A stretch of 64,000 nucleotides of DNA, taken from contig JAUCBJ010008930.1 of assembly GCA_032718475.1 (NCBI GenBank), forward strand, positions 7,883 to 71,882. Reading direction: 5' to 3'. A program made the translations under genes and the position numbers. The DNA is from Nemertoderma westbladi. Its lineage: Eukaryota > Animalia > Xenacoelomorpha. Below the pieces are notes generated by a model. The model did no database searches. It saw only the letters and a program-made list of their open reading frames with translations, and was not told where the DNA came from. Position 1 is the stretch's first letter; each line of letters opens with the position of its first letter. Shown here piece after piece: positions 33,623-46,348 of this stretch.

Positions 33623-36600
33623 ATGAGTCAATCGGGCGAGACACCGACGCGGACCCCGGACGAAGACCAAACGATCCGTGAGGCCGCAACCAGGCGATAT
33701 AGACCCACGACGCCGGAGCCATCGATAACGGGCGAACCGGAAGTTCAAGACGAGGGGAGCCTGGAACAAGAGGTCGAGCCAAGAGGAAGGGAGAGCGAGA
33801 CGGAGGGAGACGGAGATGAGTCGACACGGGACGGAGATCGGCGCACCGATGTCGCCGGCCAGCTACAGGCCGAGGGCGACGAGCGGCCCACCGAAACGGC
33901 GACGGTGGGGCCGACGGTGCGACGCCGGACGCGAAGAGACGGAGGAGACATCGGTACCGATGTCGCCGGCCAGCTACAGGCCGAGGGCGACGGACGGCCC
34001 ACCGGAACGGCGACGGTGGAGCCGCCGGTACGACGTCGAACCCGGAGGGACGGAGGAGAGGTCGGCGACGAGGACGTCGGGGTTTCAGAGCGACTTCGAC
34101 GGGCCTACAACGCGACCCGGAAGCTAATAAAGGACGCCAAGAAGGAAGGGGCGAAGGTAGACGAGGTGAGACTGAGAAAGCGACTAGGTGAGTCGGATAG
34201 ACACTTTAATTACCTAATACGTTTTGGGCAGAGAGAACTAGCCGAGGGGAGAGCAAAAGGGGTTGCCGGCGAACTGTTTGAACTATGGGAGTGTGGGAGT
34301 ATGGAACCTAGCGTAGCGCCAGTGTACATAGGGCCATACTTGGTCGATGCCCGGGGAGTAAAATTAGTGGGTTGGAGGGGACCCGAGGGGGGCGAATCCG
34401 AGGTTAACCCCGAGGATTCGGCCTCGTCGGTCGGAGAAAGTTCCGGGAAGCGGGGGAAAGTTAGTAGGTCGGGAAGGCGGAGGGGGTCCGTCGTAACCGA
34501 TAAGTCTGCTACATCCTCCGCGAAAGAAAGAGTGGTGAGAGAGATAGGTGCCGCATACCGTCTCAACATGGCAGAGCAAGGTCAGAGGGAAATGGAGGAA
34601 CGGTTAGAGGAGGGGAGAGTGCGGTTAGAGAGGGAAGCGGCATTGATTAGAGAAACCGGAGAGAGGGCCGAAAGGGCTTTGAGAAGCCTTAGGGAGTGTG
34701 AGGAAATAGAGGAAAAGGAGTGTAGGGAGCGTGAGGCGGAACGCAAGGAATATGAGGCAAGAGAGGAAAGGGAATGCAAGGAGCGTGAGGCAAGGGAGGA
34801 AAGGGAACGCAAAGAGCGTGAGGCGGAACGCAAGGAACATGAGGCGAGAAGGGAAAAGGAACGCAAGGAGCGCGAGGTGAGACGAAGGGAGAGCGCTAGG
34901 AGTGTAGCAGAGTCGGCCGCCCGGGACACCCAGGAGTGTGAGAGGAGAATGGCAGAGGCTGAACGAGAGCACAAGGAATTAAAGAGACGCCAGAGTGAGC
35001 TTGCGGAACATAGGATTAGACGGGCGCACGAGCTGCAACTGGTGCGAGCGTCGCCGTCTGAAAGCGGGGCCGGCTCGAGTATTTTTGGGGAGCCGGGGGC
35101 CGTAGATACATTTATTAATACCCCACTGACAGGGACCGCGCGACAGACCCAAAACTGGTGTGACCGTACGGGCGGGGGGGGGGGGGTAACGACAATAATG
35201 ATACAGTAGACGTTGTTAATGTTGATAGTACCGTATGGGACAACTCTAATCAAACCTTTATTGCAGGAAATACTTTGCCTAGTGGTAGTAATTTAAATTT
35301 AAATCAGAACAATCCTAATATTAATGTAGAAAATAATTCTAATATTAATGTAATTACGCAAAATAATTCAAATAATCAAAATAATAACCCAAATTCGAAC
35401 CTACAAAATAATTTAAATAACGCGATTACGCAAAATAATCCAAATAATTTAAATAATGATCCAAGCCCGAATTTACAAAATAATTCAGATAGCGTAGTCG
35501 CGCAGAATAATACAAATGATTTCGTTCCAAACGAGCAAATCAATTCTGTTTCCAATATGGGTGCTATTAACGTAAACACGTCGGACGTGTATAGCCAGGC
35601 AGATGAGGGCCTGGTAGGCCACGTAGTTGGTAGGCAGGGAGCAGAGGGCCTGGTAGGCCATGTAGTTGGTAGGCAGGGAGCAGAGGGCCTGGTAGGCCAC
35701 GTAGTTGGTAGGCAGGGAGTAGAGGGCCTGGAAGGCCACGCAATAGCAGGAGGAGAAGCGGGGGTGAATAGACCCGACCGCGGTAGGGTTGATGTGTCGA
35801 CTAGAGAGGTATATAGTAGCGGGGTGAGAGGTAGCGAAGTAAAATGTAGCGAGTGGGGGGGGGGGCTACAAGGGCCCCACAACGGAAAGTTAGCGGCGAG
35901 TGGGGGGGGGGCTACGAGGGCCCCACAACAGAGAGTTAGCGGCGAGAGGGGGGGGGGGGCAGAGAGTGTCCCACAGCCGTCAGCGGACAATGCGCGGGCC
36001 GAAATAGGTAAACCGCAACAACCGGCGACGGAAAGTAATAGGGGGATTGCGGATATCCCCAGCGGCGTGCGACCGAGCAGAGAGAGACGGGTTGACGTCG
36101 CGAGAGGGCGGACGAAGCGTCGAGCCCGATCAGAGGAAGGAAGAAGAACAGTGGGGTTTAACCGGGAGGTCGACGAGAGATCTCACGAGCGGGAATATTC
36201 CACTGATAGGAGAAGAAAGGAAGACAGTAGTAGAAGTATCGCCGCGAACGATAGAAGAGCGAGGACGGATAGCGAGCCGTCGGTAGTCGAGATGAGAACG
36301 GAGAGTCAGTGGGGTCGGACTCCGGGAGATTGCCGTCGCCCCGGAGAGATGCGACCCGGCGAGGCGCACTACGCGCCGAGAGAGGGGTACGCGATGTACC
36401 GGTACGAAGATGAGAACAGTAGAGAGGGGGGTCGAAGAGAAACTTTCCGACGGAATATACCTACCGATCGAGAATACGGTAGCCGCGGGGAGGATTATTC
36501 GAGAAGAATAAACTTCGATCCCGAACAACACATGCAGACTGTAGGACATACTGTAGGCCTTACTGCACATACCATAGGCCATACTGAGAGAGGCAATGTA

Positions 36601-38784
36601 GGCGATAGGATAGCGTGGACAACGGGATTAAACCCGGAAGTCGCGGAATACATACCGGCGGGTAGGCCAGAAGCTGATAGGCCTATACCGGTACCAGTAC
36701 AACAGTACGACTACAGCATGCAGGGACATAACATATACCCAGGGGAGGGGGGAATTATTGCGGATAGGTGCATGGGCCCCAATATATTAACATCAACCCC
36801 AGTACCAAACATACCGGTGGGGGGGGGGGGACAGGGTGACATTCCCCCATCACAATATCAACAATATACCCCGATAGGAGCAAGAACAACGAGACCCTTG
36901 GATGAGAATAAGTCGTGTGACACAGAAATATGGAGGGGGCCGCTACCCCCGATGACATACCCAAGTCAGAGAAGATCGAGAAATAGGACGGACGAACCGC
37001 ACCAGACAGGAGAAACTATACAGCACCCGTCGAATCCATTGGAAGCGCAGGCGATGGGGATGGCCACGTTGATCGATGCGTTGAAAACGAGGATCGAGCT
37101 ACCACCCGTGGAACCATTCAAATTCGATGGGAGTAGGCCGGAAGAATATCTACAGTTTCGGCGCATGTATAGTAACGAAATACTAACAAAAAACTTGACG
37201 CAGGCGGAGTGCCTAAAGTATCTACAAGTGTACACGGGAGGCCCAGCATACGACATCGTGAGGCAATATCAAGGAATAGAGGGCGGCTTCACGACAGCAT
37301 GGCGGGCACTGGATAGGGAATACGGGCACCCGGCCAAGATCATCAGGCAGACGCTGAGGGGCATAACATCGGGTGGCCTGCAGGATAATCCCGTTAGCAT
37401 TAAGACGTTCGCTAACAAAGTCGAAAAGGCGCTGATCGTGCTGAAGACGCTAGACGCGCCATACGAGCTCAATGCGTCCAATAACATCACCACGATAGCG
37501 CAGGCACTACCGAGTTGGATGCGCAACAAGTGGAGGAAAATTGCTTTCTCCACTCGAGACAAGAAGGGTGCGGAACCGGGTTTAGAAGAAATGTCAAACT
37601 TCTTAAACTACGAGGCTGAGCTAATAACTGACCCAGTCTATAGCGAAGATAGCCTGGGAAAGGGACCGAAGATAGATTATCATAGACCGAAACCAGAGCA
37701 CAATACATCAAACGCATTACCGAGACTCAGGCAATCATTGCCATATGCAGCGACGCAGGGGACTGCAAGTCCACAGCTAGCCGAAGATGAGACCACACCA
37801 TGGAACGGACAGGGGAACAATAACAGCACGAATAAACATAACCCCAGTACGTCCAGTAGGCTGAATCCAAACAATAAGAATAGTAGGGACTTTGGTACGA
37901 ATGCAACTGCGATACGCAATGCACTGTATAAAGAGGGCTACGACCCAAAGAGCAAATGCCAGTTACACGCAAATGCGCTTCATAAAACCATGAACTGCAG
38001 GTACTGGCAGGCGCTACCTAGGCAAGATCAGATAGATTATGCGTTCAGCAATAAAATCTGCTCGCGATGTGTAATGAGTGGACATAGAGCAAGGGAGTGC
38101 AAGGAGAAGCCAATGAAATTTGGTCAAAGGAGAGGCCAAACGATGGCGACGAGCACAGTAGGGGCGAAGAAGTGAGGAACGGTGCTACTTGGAGTAGTAC
38201 CAGTACGAGTGATCGGGGAAGGCAATCGATCAGTAACAACACTAATGCTGGTTGATAGTGGAGCTGCCTTCACATTAGTTGAGGAATGGGTGGCCGAAGA
38301 AATAGGATTGAGAACGAGGCCAAGCAGAATGGCGGTAACAACCATCTCTAGCAAAGATGAGATCCTAGAGATGAGGACAGGACGGTGCGCAATTGCAGCA
38401 GTGGCACCAGGATGCGACTATGGGGCAACCATCGACCCCATTCAAGTGATAGAGTCAATTAATATCAATGCCAGGCGGCCAACCAACATCGAGGTCGAGC
38501 AGTATAAATTCCTGGACAACATTGACTTCTCAATCCCAGACGTGGACGTTAGAAAGGTATCCATCATAGTAGGTATGGACTGCCCAACGGCCCACGAAAG
38601 AATGCAAACGGTCTTCGGCGAAGACAAGCAGAGTGACCCGGTGGCCATATTAACACCATTCGGGTGGACGCTGAGTGGTCCAATCAAGAGCAAGATACCA
38701 TTTAGGATGTCGGAGACATCAGGATGCATGTTCGCGGGAACAATGCAGGAAATGAGTGTTAGAGGTAGCAGAGAGGGCACATAG
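33623..38784 (+). pseudogene. BEL gag-protease, disrupted
   Basis: Frameshift in the G-run at about 35174-35186 (open in the second copy); in-frame TGA at 38173-38175; third zinc knuckle missing; truncated after protease. Confidence 0.85.
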
Positions 38785-39125
38785 GGTGCCAGAGAGTAGA
38801 ATAGTAGAAGGGCACATAGGGTGCCAGGTAGTAGAGTTAGAGAGGTAGTTGAGTAGTAGAGGGGCACATAGGGTGCCAGATAGTAGAGTGGTTGTGGGCA
38901 CCGCAAGCGCCACGTAGTTAGAAGAGTGGGTAGAGTTAGGGAGTTCTAGTTAAAGGGCTAGAGAGTTGGTAGACTTAGATGAGTCAAGTAGAGTTAGTAG
39001 AAGTAGAGAGTTAGTAGGAGTTAGCTAGACTTAGTAGAGAGTTAGAGTCAGTAGAAAGTTAGATGCTCTCAGTTAGAGCTAGAAGTAGTAAGAGTTAGTA
39101 GTTAGCAGAGTTAGTTAGATAGTTA

Positions 39126-42108
39126 GTAACTAAAACCAACCGCTGCCCTAGCTAGCCAAACCATCAGCCACCAATCACCAGTGAGATGAGTCAATCGGGC
39201 GAGACACCGACGCGGACCCCGGACGAAGACCAAACGATCCGTGAGGCCGCAACCAGGCGATATAGACCCACGACGCCGGAGCCATCGATAACGGGCGAAC
39301 CGGAAGTTCAAGACGAGGGGAGCCTGGAACAAGAGGTCGAGCCAAGAGGAAGGGAGAGCGAGACGGAGGGAGACGGAGATGAGTCGACACGGGACGGAGA
39401 TCGGCGCACCGATGTCGCCGGCCAGCTACAGGCCGAGGGCGACGAGCGGCCCACCGAAACGGCGACGGTGGGGCCGACGGTGCGACGCCGGACGCGAAGA
39501 GACGGAGGAGACATCGGTACCGATGTCGCCGGCCAGCTACAGGCCGAGGGCGACGGACGGCCCACCGGAACGGCGACGGTGGAGCCGCCGGTACGACGTC
39601 GAACCCGAGGGACGGAGGAGAGGTCGGCGACGAGGACGTCGGGGTTTCAGAGCGACTTCGACGGGCCTACAACGCGACCCGGAAGCTAATAAAGGACGCC
39701 AAGAAGGAAGGGGCGAAGGTAGACGAGGTGAGACTGAGAAAGCGACTAGGTGAGTCGGATAGACACTTTAATTACCTAATACGTTTTGGGCAGAGAGAAC
39801 TAGCCGAGGGGAGAGCAAAAGGGGTTGCCGGCGAACTGTTTGAACTATGGGAGTGTGGGAGTATGGAACCTAGCGTAGCGCCAGTGTACATAGGGCCATA
39901 CTTGGTCGATGCCCGGGGAGTAAAATTAGTGGGTTGGAGGGGACCCGAGGGGGGCGAATCCGAGGTTAACCCCGAGGATTCGGCCTCGTCGGTCGGAGAA
40001 AGTTCCGGGAAGCGGGGGAAAGTTAGTAGGTCGGGAAGGCGGAGGGGGTCCGTCGTAACCGATAAGTCTGCTACATCCTCCGCGAAAGAAAGAGTGGTGA
40101 GAGAGATAGGTGCCGCATACCGTCTCAACATGGCAGAGCAAGGTCAGAGGGAAATGGAGGAACGGTTAGAGGAGGGGAGAGTGCGGTTAGAGAGGGAAGC
40201 GGCATTGATTAGAGAAACCGGAGAGAGGGCCGAAAGGGCTTTGAGAATCCTTAGGGAGTGTGAGGAAATAGAGGAAAAGGAGTGTAGGGAGCGTGAGGCG
40301 GAACGCAAGGAATATGAGGCAAGAGAGGAAAGGGAACGCAAGGAGCGTGAGGCAAGGGAGGAAAGGGAACGCAAAGAGCGTGAGGCGGAACGCAAGGAAC
40401 ATGAGGCGAGAAGGGAAAAGGAACGCAAGGAGTGCGAGGTGAGACGAAGGGAGAGCGCTAGGAGTGTAGCAGAGTCGGCCGCCCGGGACACCCAGGAGTG
40501 TGAGAGGAGAATGGCAGAGGCTGAACGAGAGCACAAGGAATTAAAGAGACGCCAGAGTGAGCTTGCGGAACATAGGATTAGACGGGCGCACGAGCTGCAA
40601 CTGGTGCGAGCGTCGCCGTCTGAAAGCGGGGCCGGCTCGAGTATTTTTGGGGAGCCGGGGGCCGTAGATACATTTATTAATACCCCACTGACAGGGACCG
40701 CGCGACAGACCCAAAACTGGTGTGACCGTACGGGCGGGGGGGGTAACGACAATAATGATACAGTAGACGTTGTTAATGTTGATAGTACCGTATGGGACAA
40801 CTCTAATCAAACCTTTATTGCAGGAAATACTTTGCCTAGTGGTAGTAATTTAAATTTAAATCAGAACAATCCTAATATTAATGTAGAAAATAATTCTAAT
40901 ATTAATGTAATTACGCAAAATAATTCAAATAATCAAAATAATAACCCAAATTCGAACCTACAAAATAATTTAAATAACGCGATTACGCAAAATAATCCAA
41001 ATAATTTAAATAATGATCCAAGCCCGAATTTACAAAATAATTCAGATAGCGTAGTCGCGCAGAATAATACAAATGATTTCGTTCCAAGCGAGCAAATCAA
41101 TTCTGTTTCCAATATGGGTGCTATTAACGTAAACACGTCGGACGTGTATAGCCAGGCAGATGAGGGCCTGGTAGGCCACGTAGTTGGTAGGCAGGGAGCA
41201 GAGGGCCTGGTAGGCCATGTAGTTGGTAGGCAGGGAGCAGAGGGCCTGGTAGGCCATGTAGTTGGTAGGCAGGGAGTAGAGGGCCTGGAAGGCCACGCAA
41301 TAGCAGGAGGAGAAGCGGGGGTGAATAGACCCGACCGCGGTAGGGTTGATGTGTCGACTAGAGAGGTATATAGTAGCGGGGTGAGAGGTAGCGAAGTAAA
41401 ATGTAGCGAGTGGGGGGGGGGGGGCTACAAGGGCCCCACAACGGAAAGTTAGCGGCGAGTGGGGGGGGGGGCTACGAGGGCCCCACAACAGAGCGTTAGT
41501 GGCGAGAGGGGGGGGGGGGCAGAGAGTGTCCCACAGCCGTCAGCGGACAATGCGCGGGCCGAAATAGGTAAACCGCAACAACCGGCGACGGAAAGTGATA
41601 GGGGGATTGCGGATATCCCCAGCGGCGTGCGACCGAGCAGAGAGAGACGGGTTGACGTCGCGAGAGGGCGGACGAAGCGTCGAGCCTGATCAGAGGAAGG
41701 AAGAAGAACAGTGGGGTTTAACCGGGAGGTCGACGAGAGATCTCACGAGCGGGAATATTCCACTGATAGGAGAAGAAAGGAAGACAGTGGTAGAAGTATC
41801 GCCGCGAACGATAGAAGAGCGAGGACGGATAGCGAGCCGTCGGTAGTCGAGATGAGAACGGAGAGTCAGTGGGGTCGGACTCCGGGAGATTGCCGTCGCC
41901 CCGGAGAGATGCGACCCGGCGAGGCGCACTACGCGCCGAGAGAGGGGTACGCGATGTACCGGTACGAAGATGAGAACAGTAGAGAGGGGGGTCGAAGAGA
42001 AACTTTCCGACGGAATATACCTACCGATCGAGAATACGGTAGCCGCGGGGAGGATTATTCGAGAAGAATAAACTTCGATCCCGAACAACACATGCAGACT
42101 GTAGGACA
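39126..42108 (+). repeat. Internal duplication of 33563-36548 (leader + 5' half of gag)
   Basis: Near-identical sequence beginning gtaactaaaacc; independent frameshifts and a CGA>TGA change at about 41687. Confidence 0.95.
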
Positions 42109-42162
42109 GTAGCCCTTAGTTGGATGCTATCTTCTCACCGGGAAGATAGCATGGGGGGGGAG

Positions 42163-42691
42163 TGTTAGCTTATCCAATTCCGCTAACATCCCATAAAGTT
42201 ATAAGCCGATAAGCAATATTGGGAGCCGCGAGATTGGGTAATAACCAACTCGTGCCATCCCAATAAGAGTGGGAAGGAAGCACACAATAAAGGGTCAGGG
42301 GCCAAACCCCTAACCCAGAGAGAACAGATGGAGTGAACGGGAACACTCCACGGGGTGCCAACAAGGGTATCAACCAATCAGAGGGGGGCAAGGCATCGAT
42401 TAGGTAGTAATTGGGCCAACCGTGCAATATAACCAGTAACCCGATATCAGTAATTCAGTTATCTCAGTGCAGTAGTGCTAGCATAGGTTAATTAGTTTAG
42501 ATAGGGGAGCACGGGACTTTTAGTTAACGTATCCCGCCTTCCATATACTATACAATATATCTATATCTTATACCTTTATTATTATACACCGAACTTCAGA
42601 ACTCATTTTACTTTCATTCACTCTTTATACACGGCGGGGACGCGTGAACTAAATACCGGATAAATCGGGATCCCTCCTGGATCCCGTCACA
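42163..42691 (+). repeat. 3' LTR of BEL element 2
   Basis: Direct repeat of 33034-33562. Confidence 0.95.
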
Positions 42692-44508
42692 ATGTGGACT
42701 GTATGACAGCTAAACGAGGTTAAATGATGCGTAATAGCAACATAATTGTACAGTAAATATAACTGTTAGTATATGAAGCAATTTTCAAAAAAAATGTAAA
42801 AAAAAATGTGTTTGAAGTCCCAACGCACTTTAAATGGAACATTTCACTTTGCTGCTGTATTAAACATTGTTAAATAAAAATTTGAAAGCTAAAACTGATA
42901 AAATGATTAACATCCAGGCCAACAGGAAAGCTAATTTTCGAAAATGTTTGACCATCCCACATCTAATAATTTTAAGATTCAAAAAGACACCTAAATTTTT
43001 CAAAAATGGCACTTTTCAACAGGCAATTTCCAGTTTTGAAATTGATAGAATTTGGTCAAGTAAAGTGTTATTATGTGAGGAAACTTGCAATTTACTCATA
43101 TAAAAAAAAATCACTTTTTTTTCAAAGCAGCAGCCGCCCATGTCTCTCCATATACCATGTTCAATTTAAGGTGCAATGGGCGTTAAACGGTTAAGGCTCA
43201 ACTGGACTTACATGGGTATCGTTATCGATCGCCCCACATGTCTAACGGAACATTCATCATACATAGAAATAAGCACTAAAGCAAAGTAATACACGTTCGT
43301 GTGGCCTTCGCGCAGCACGAGAGCCTATATTAGAAAGTACATTATACTAATCTCTATTAGATATACGAAAACTGTCTTTCCTAAAATATATATGAGTGAA
43401 GGCGATGCTATCAGTTTGTGATCAACTAGTAAAAACAAAAATCCATTTCAGTTTGCCCTTACACACTTAAACTGTCATTTGTAAACCTTCTAACTAGTGC
43501 TATTTAAGAAAAGTATGACATTTTTAGTTTTACAATACTCTTCTCCTTCATTAGCCTCGTTGCGCTCGTCGTGTTTTGTCTTAAAATAATTTTCCTAAAC
43601 GGAGACTAACGACCATTATAACTGCTGATTTATGGCAGATAGATTCTCATGTTCACTGTAAACTCGTTGCGTTCGTTCGTTTTTGACCAAACTTGAGATT
43701 CTTTCTAAACTTTTGCCGGACTACATACGTACCTACGTATACGTATACATACTACATAAGTTTCGTTTAATTTCATCAATGAATAACCGAGTTATTAGCG
43801 ATCAAAAATTTACATCGACGACGACGACAGACAACTCGTTAATCGCACCCATATGCTAAGGCTCACTTCGTGGCTCGCCCCACAAACTAGGGTAGTTGTT
43901 ACTCATTAATAAATTAATTGGCAACAAATAATGGCAAAACTATTTGCAAAGAAAATGAAGAATTAAGATTATTGCATCATCATGTTCTATGTACAGTATA
44001 CAACACGTTGTGGGGTCTTCGAGCAGCACGTGTTCAAATGTTCAATGACTGAGCAGCGACTAATTAACAAATTTATGAGAGATTCATTGACCAGCTACAG
44101 AAAGACCAATATTGTGACATATATTTTAGTTTATTGTTTGATTCAATTAAAGGCACAAATTAAAAAGGCTACAAATATATAGGGGTGAATAATTAAATTA
44201 GTCACCCATTAGGCCTAAAAGGTAGCCAAATAAAAGTTGCAATCTATATAAATTTTTAAATTCAGTAGTGTGCGTGTGTTGTGTATTGATTCCGTAGATT
44301 TCATGTTGAAATAGCGTTCATTAATTTAATTTCTATTTAATTATTCAGGCATACTAATACCCACTTTAAATTAGTTCGTGTGTGTTAAGTGTGTAAGATT
44401 TTATTGTTTCGTCACGAAACCATTAGGGCACAGAAACTGACGGATTCTTCGCGAATTTCGCAAACGTCGCAAACTTCGGGAATTTTTTCTACAATTTTGA
44501 CTCCTTAA

Positions 44509-45953
44509 CCCTTTCACTACTATGGCATAACAGTTAGGTCACACCTACTGTACTATGGCCTAGGTGTTATGCCACGAAGTACTAGGAGCTCTATGGCCAC
44601 CTAAACATGTCAGTCTGATAGCTGACACACCCATTACATGTTCAGTACTCTTCCTCATAACAAAATTAAGTGGTAATTTCAAATTTTAATTGGTTGTTTT
44701 GGTTTTTGGTAGGGCTGTAGAGCAGTAAGTATAATGGAATATAAAGGCCTGCTGGTACTGGTAATAAAATGTCTGTCAGTCTGTCTGTCAAAAAATAAGG
44801 AAGCATATTATCTAATAAAAACATTCGCCATGGGGGTTTTCCAGGTAGCTGATCTCATTTCTGATGTCAGTTTTTACGACTGACCAACTCTAGGCTGTCT
44901 GTGTCTGTATGTATGTCTGTTTGTCTGTCAGTCAAAAAATACGGAAGCATATTATGTAATGAAAACATTCGCCATGGGGGTTTTCCAGGTCTCTGATTTC
45001 ATTTCTGATGTCAGTTTTTACGACTGACCAACTCTAGGCTGTCCGTGTCTGTATGTATGTCTGTATGTCTGTTTGTCTGTCAGTCAAAAAATACGGAAGC
45101 ATATTATGTAATGAAAACATTCGCCATGGGGGTTTTCCAGGTCTCTGATTTCATTTCTGATGTCAGTTTTTACGACTGACCAACTCTAGGCTGTCTGTGT
45201 CTGTATGTATGTCTGTATATCTGTTTGTCTGTCTGTCAGTCTGTCTGTCAAAAAATAAGTGGGGGTTTTCCAGGTCCAGACTGATAGACAAACAGACATA
45301 CATACAGACACAGACAGCCTAGATTTGGTCAGTCGTAAAAACTGACATCAGAAATGAAATCAGAGACCTCGAAACCCCCATAGCGAATGTTTTTATTACA
45401 TAATATGCTTCCTTATTTTTTGACAAACAGACTGACAGAGAAACATACATACATACAGACACACTCAGCCTAGAGTTGGTCAGTCGTAAAAACTGACATC
45501 AGAAATGAAATCAGAGACCTAGAAAACCCCCATAGCGAATGTTTTTATTACATAATATGCTTCCTTATTTTTTGACAAACAGACTGACAGACAAACATAC
45601 ATACATACAGACACAGTCAGCCTAGAGTTTGTCAGTCGTAAAAAAGGGCATCAGAAATGAAATCAGAGACCTAGAAAACCCCATAGCGAATGTTTTTATT
45701 ACATAATATGCTACCTTATTTTTTGACAGACAGACTGACAGACAAACAGACATACATACAGACACAGACAGCCTAGAGTTGGTCAGTCGTAAAAACTGAC
45801 ATCAGAAATGAAATCACCAACCCTTAAAACCCCCAAAGCGAGAATGTTAGTAGATTTAATTCTTTCTTAAGTCTTGACAGACAAACTGACAGAAAGACCG
45901 ACAGACATCAGTACGTGGGGAACACATACAATCTTGAATCAGTAGTGAAAGGG
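44509..45953. mobile_element. piggyBac-like MITE with internal inverted arrays of a roughly 120-bp unit
   Basis: ttaa|ccctttcactact ... agtagtgaaaggg|ttaa; units containing catttctgatgtcagtttttacgactgacc run forward at 44770-45270 and reversed at 45275-45900. Confidence 0.85.
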
Positions 45954-45957
45954 TTAA

Positions 45958-46344
45958 GCAAATAGGTCCCGAATGAGTTTTTTAACCTTTATTTTTTTGT
46001 GATTTTGAGTGCTTTTTTATATTATTAGTAAATGTTCTAGAACCTTAGTAGATTTTTTAATGGTATAATGCTAGTATTTTTTACTAGCTAGTAATTTTTG
46101 GAAATTATTTTGGTCATTAATATATTCTTCAACAGTTTAACCTGAAATATCATGGACTTTCACATTTTTTATAATTTCTAAAAATACTAGCTAGCAAAAA
46201 AAACACTACCGGTAGCTATCATAAAAAACATATCTACTAATGTTCTAGAACTTTCACCAATACCAAAAAAATTAAAAAAACTCTACAAAAGGATTGGTGA
46301 AAAATGGCTGGGGTGTCGACAGGGCGAAGTAGGGACCGTGTTGC
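45958..46344. mobile_element. Small palindromic TTAA-flanked MITE
   Basis: ttaa|gcaaataggtccc ... gggaccgtgttgc|ttaa, plus internal inverted arms (gttctagaac, tactagctag). Confidence 0.55.
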
Positions 46345-46348
46345 TTAA

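Larger units (their letters stand above)
33034..42691 (+). mobile_element. Non-autonomous BEL/Pao LTR element (gag + protease only, gag duplicated)
   Basis: 529-bp TG...CA LTRs; 5-bp TSD ATGTG (33029-33033 and 42692-42696); PPT ggggggggag at 42153-42162; BEL-type gag LPPVEPFKFDG and protease LVDSGA...PVAILTPFGWTLSGP; no RT/RH/IN. Confidence 0.93.
28434..43190. mobile_element. piggyBac-like non-autonomous TIR element inflated to 14.8 kb by nested insertions
   Basis: ttaa|ccgtttaacgccca (28430-28447) and tgggcgttaaacgg|ttaa (43177-43194) are perfect 14-bp TIRs; the subterminal motif atgttccatttaaggtgcgttggg occurs at about 28566, inverted at about 42819 and again at about 43157. Confidence 0.8.

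Noticed and set aside
38173-38184. Programmed stop-codon readthrough between gag and protease
   Set aside because: BEL gag-pol is normally one ORF and this copy has other lesions; a nonsense mutation is simpler.
43290-43890. Possible Helitron/Helentron-type non-autonomous element (GC hairpins, ACAT repeats, CTAG)
   Set aside because: The ends cannot be defined from one copy.
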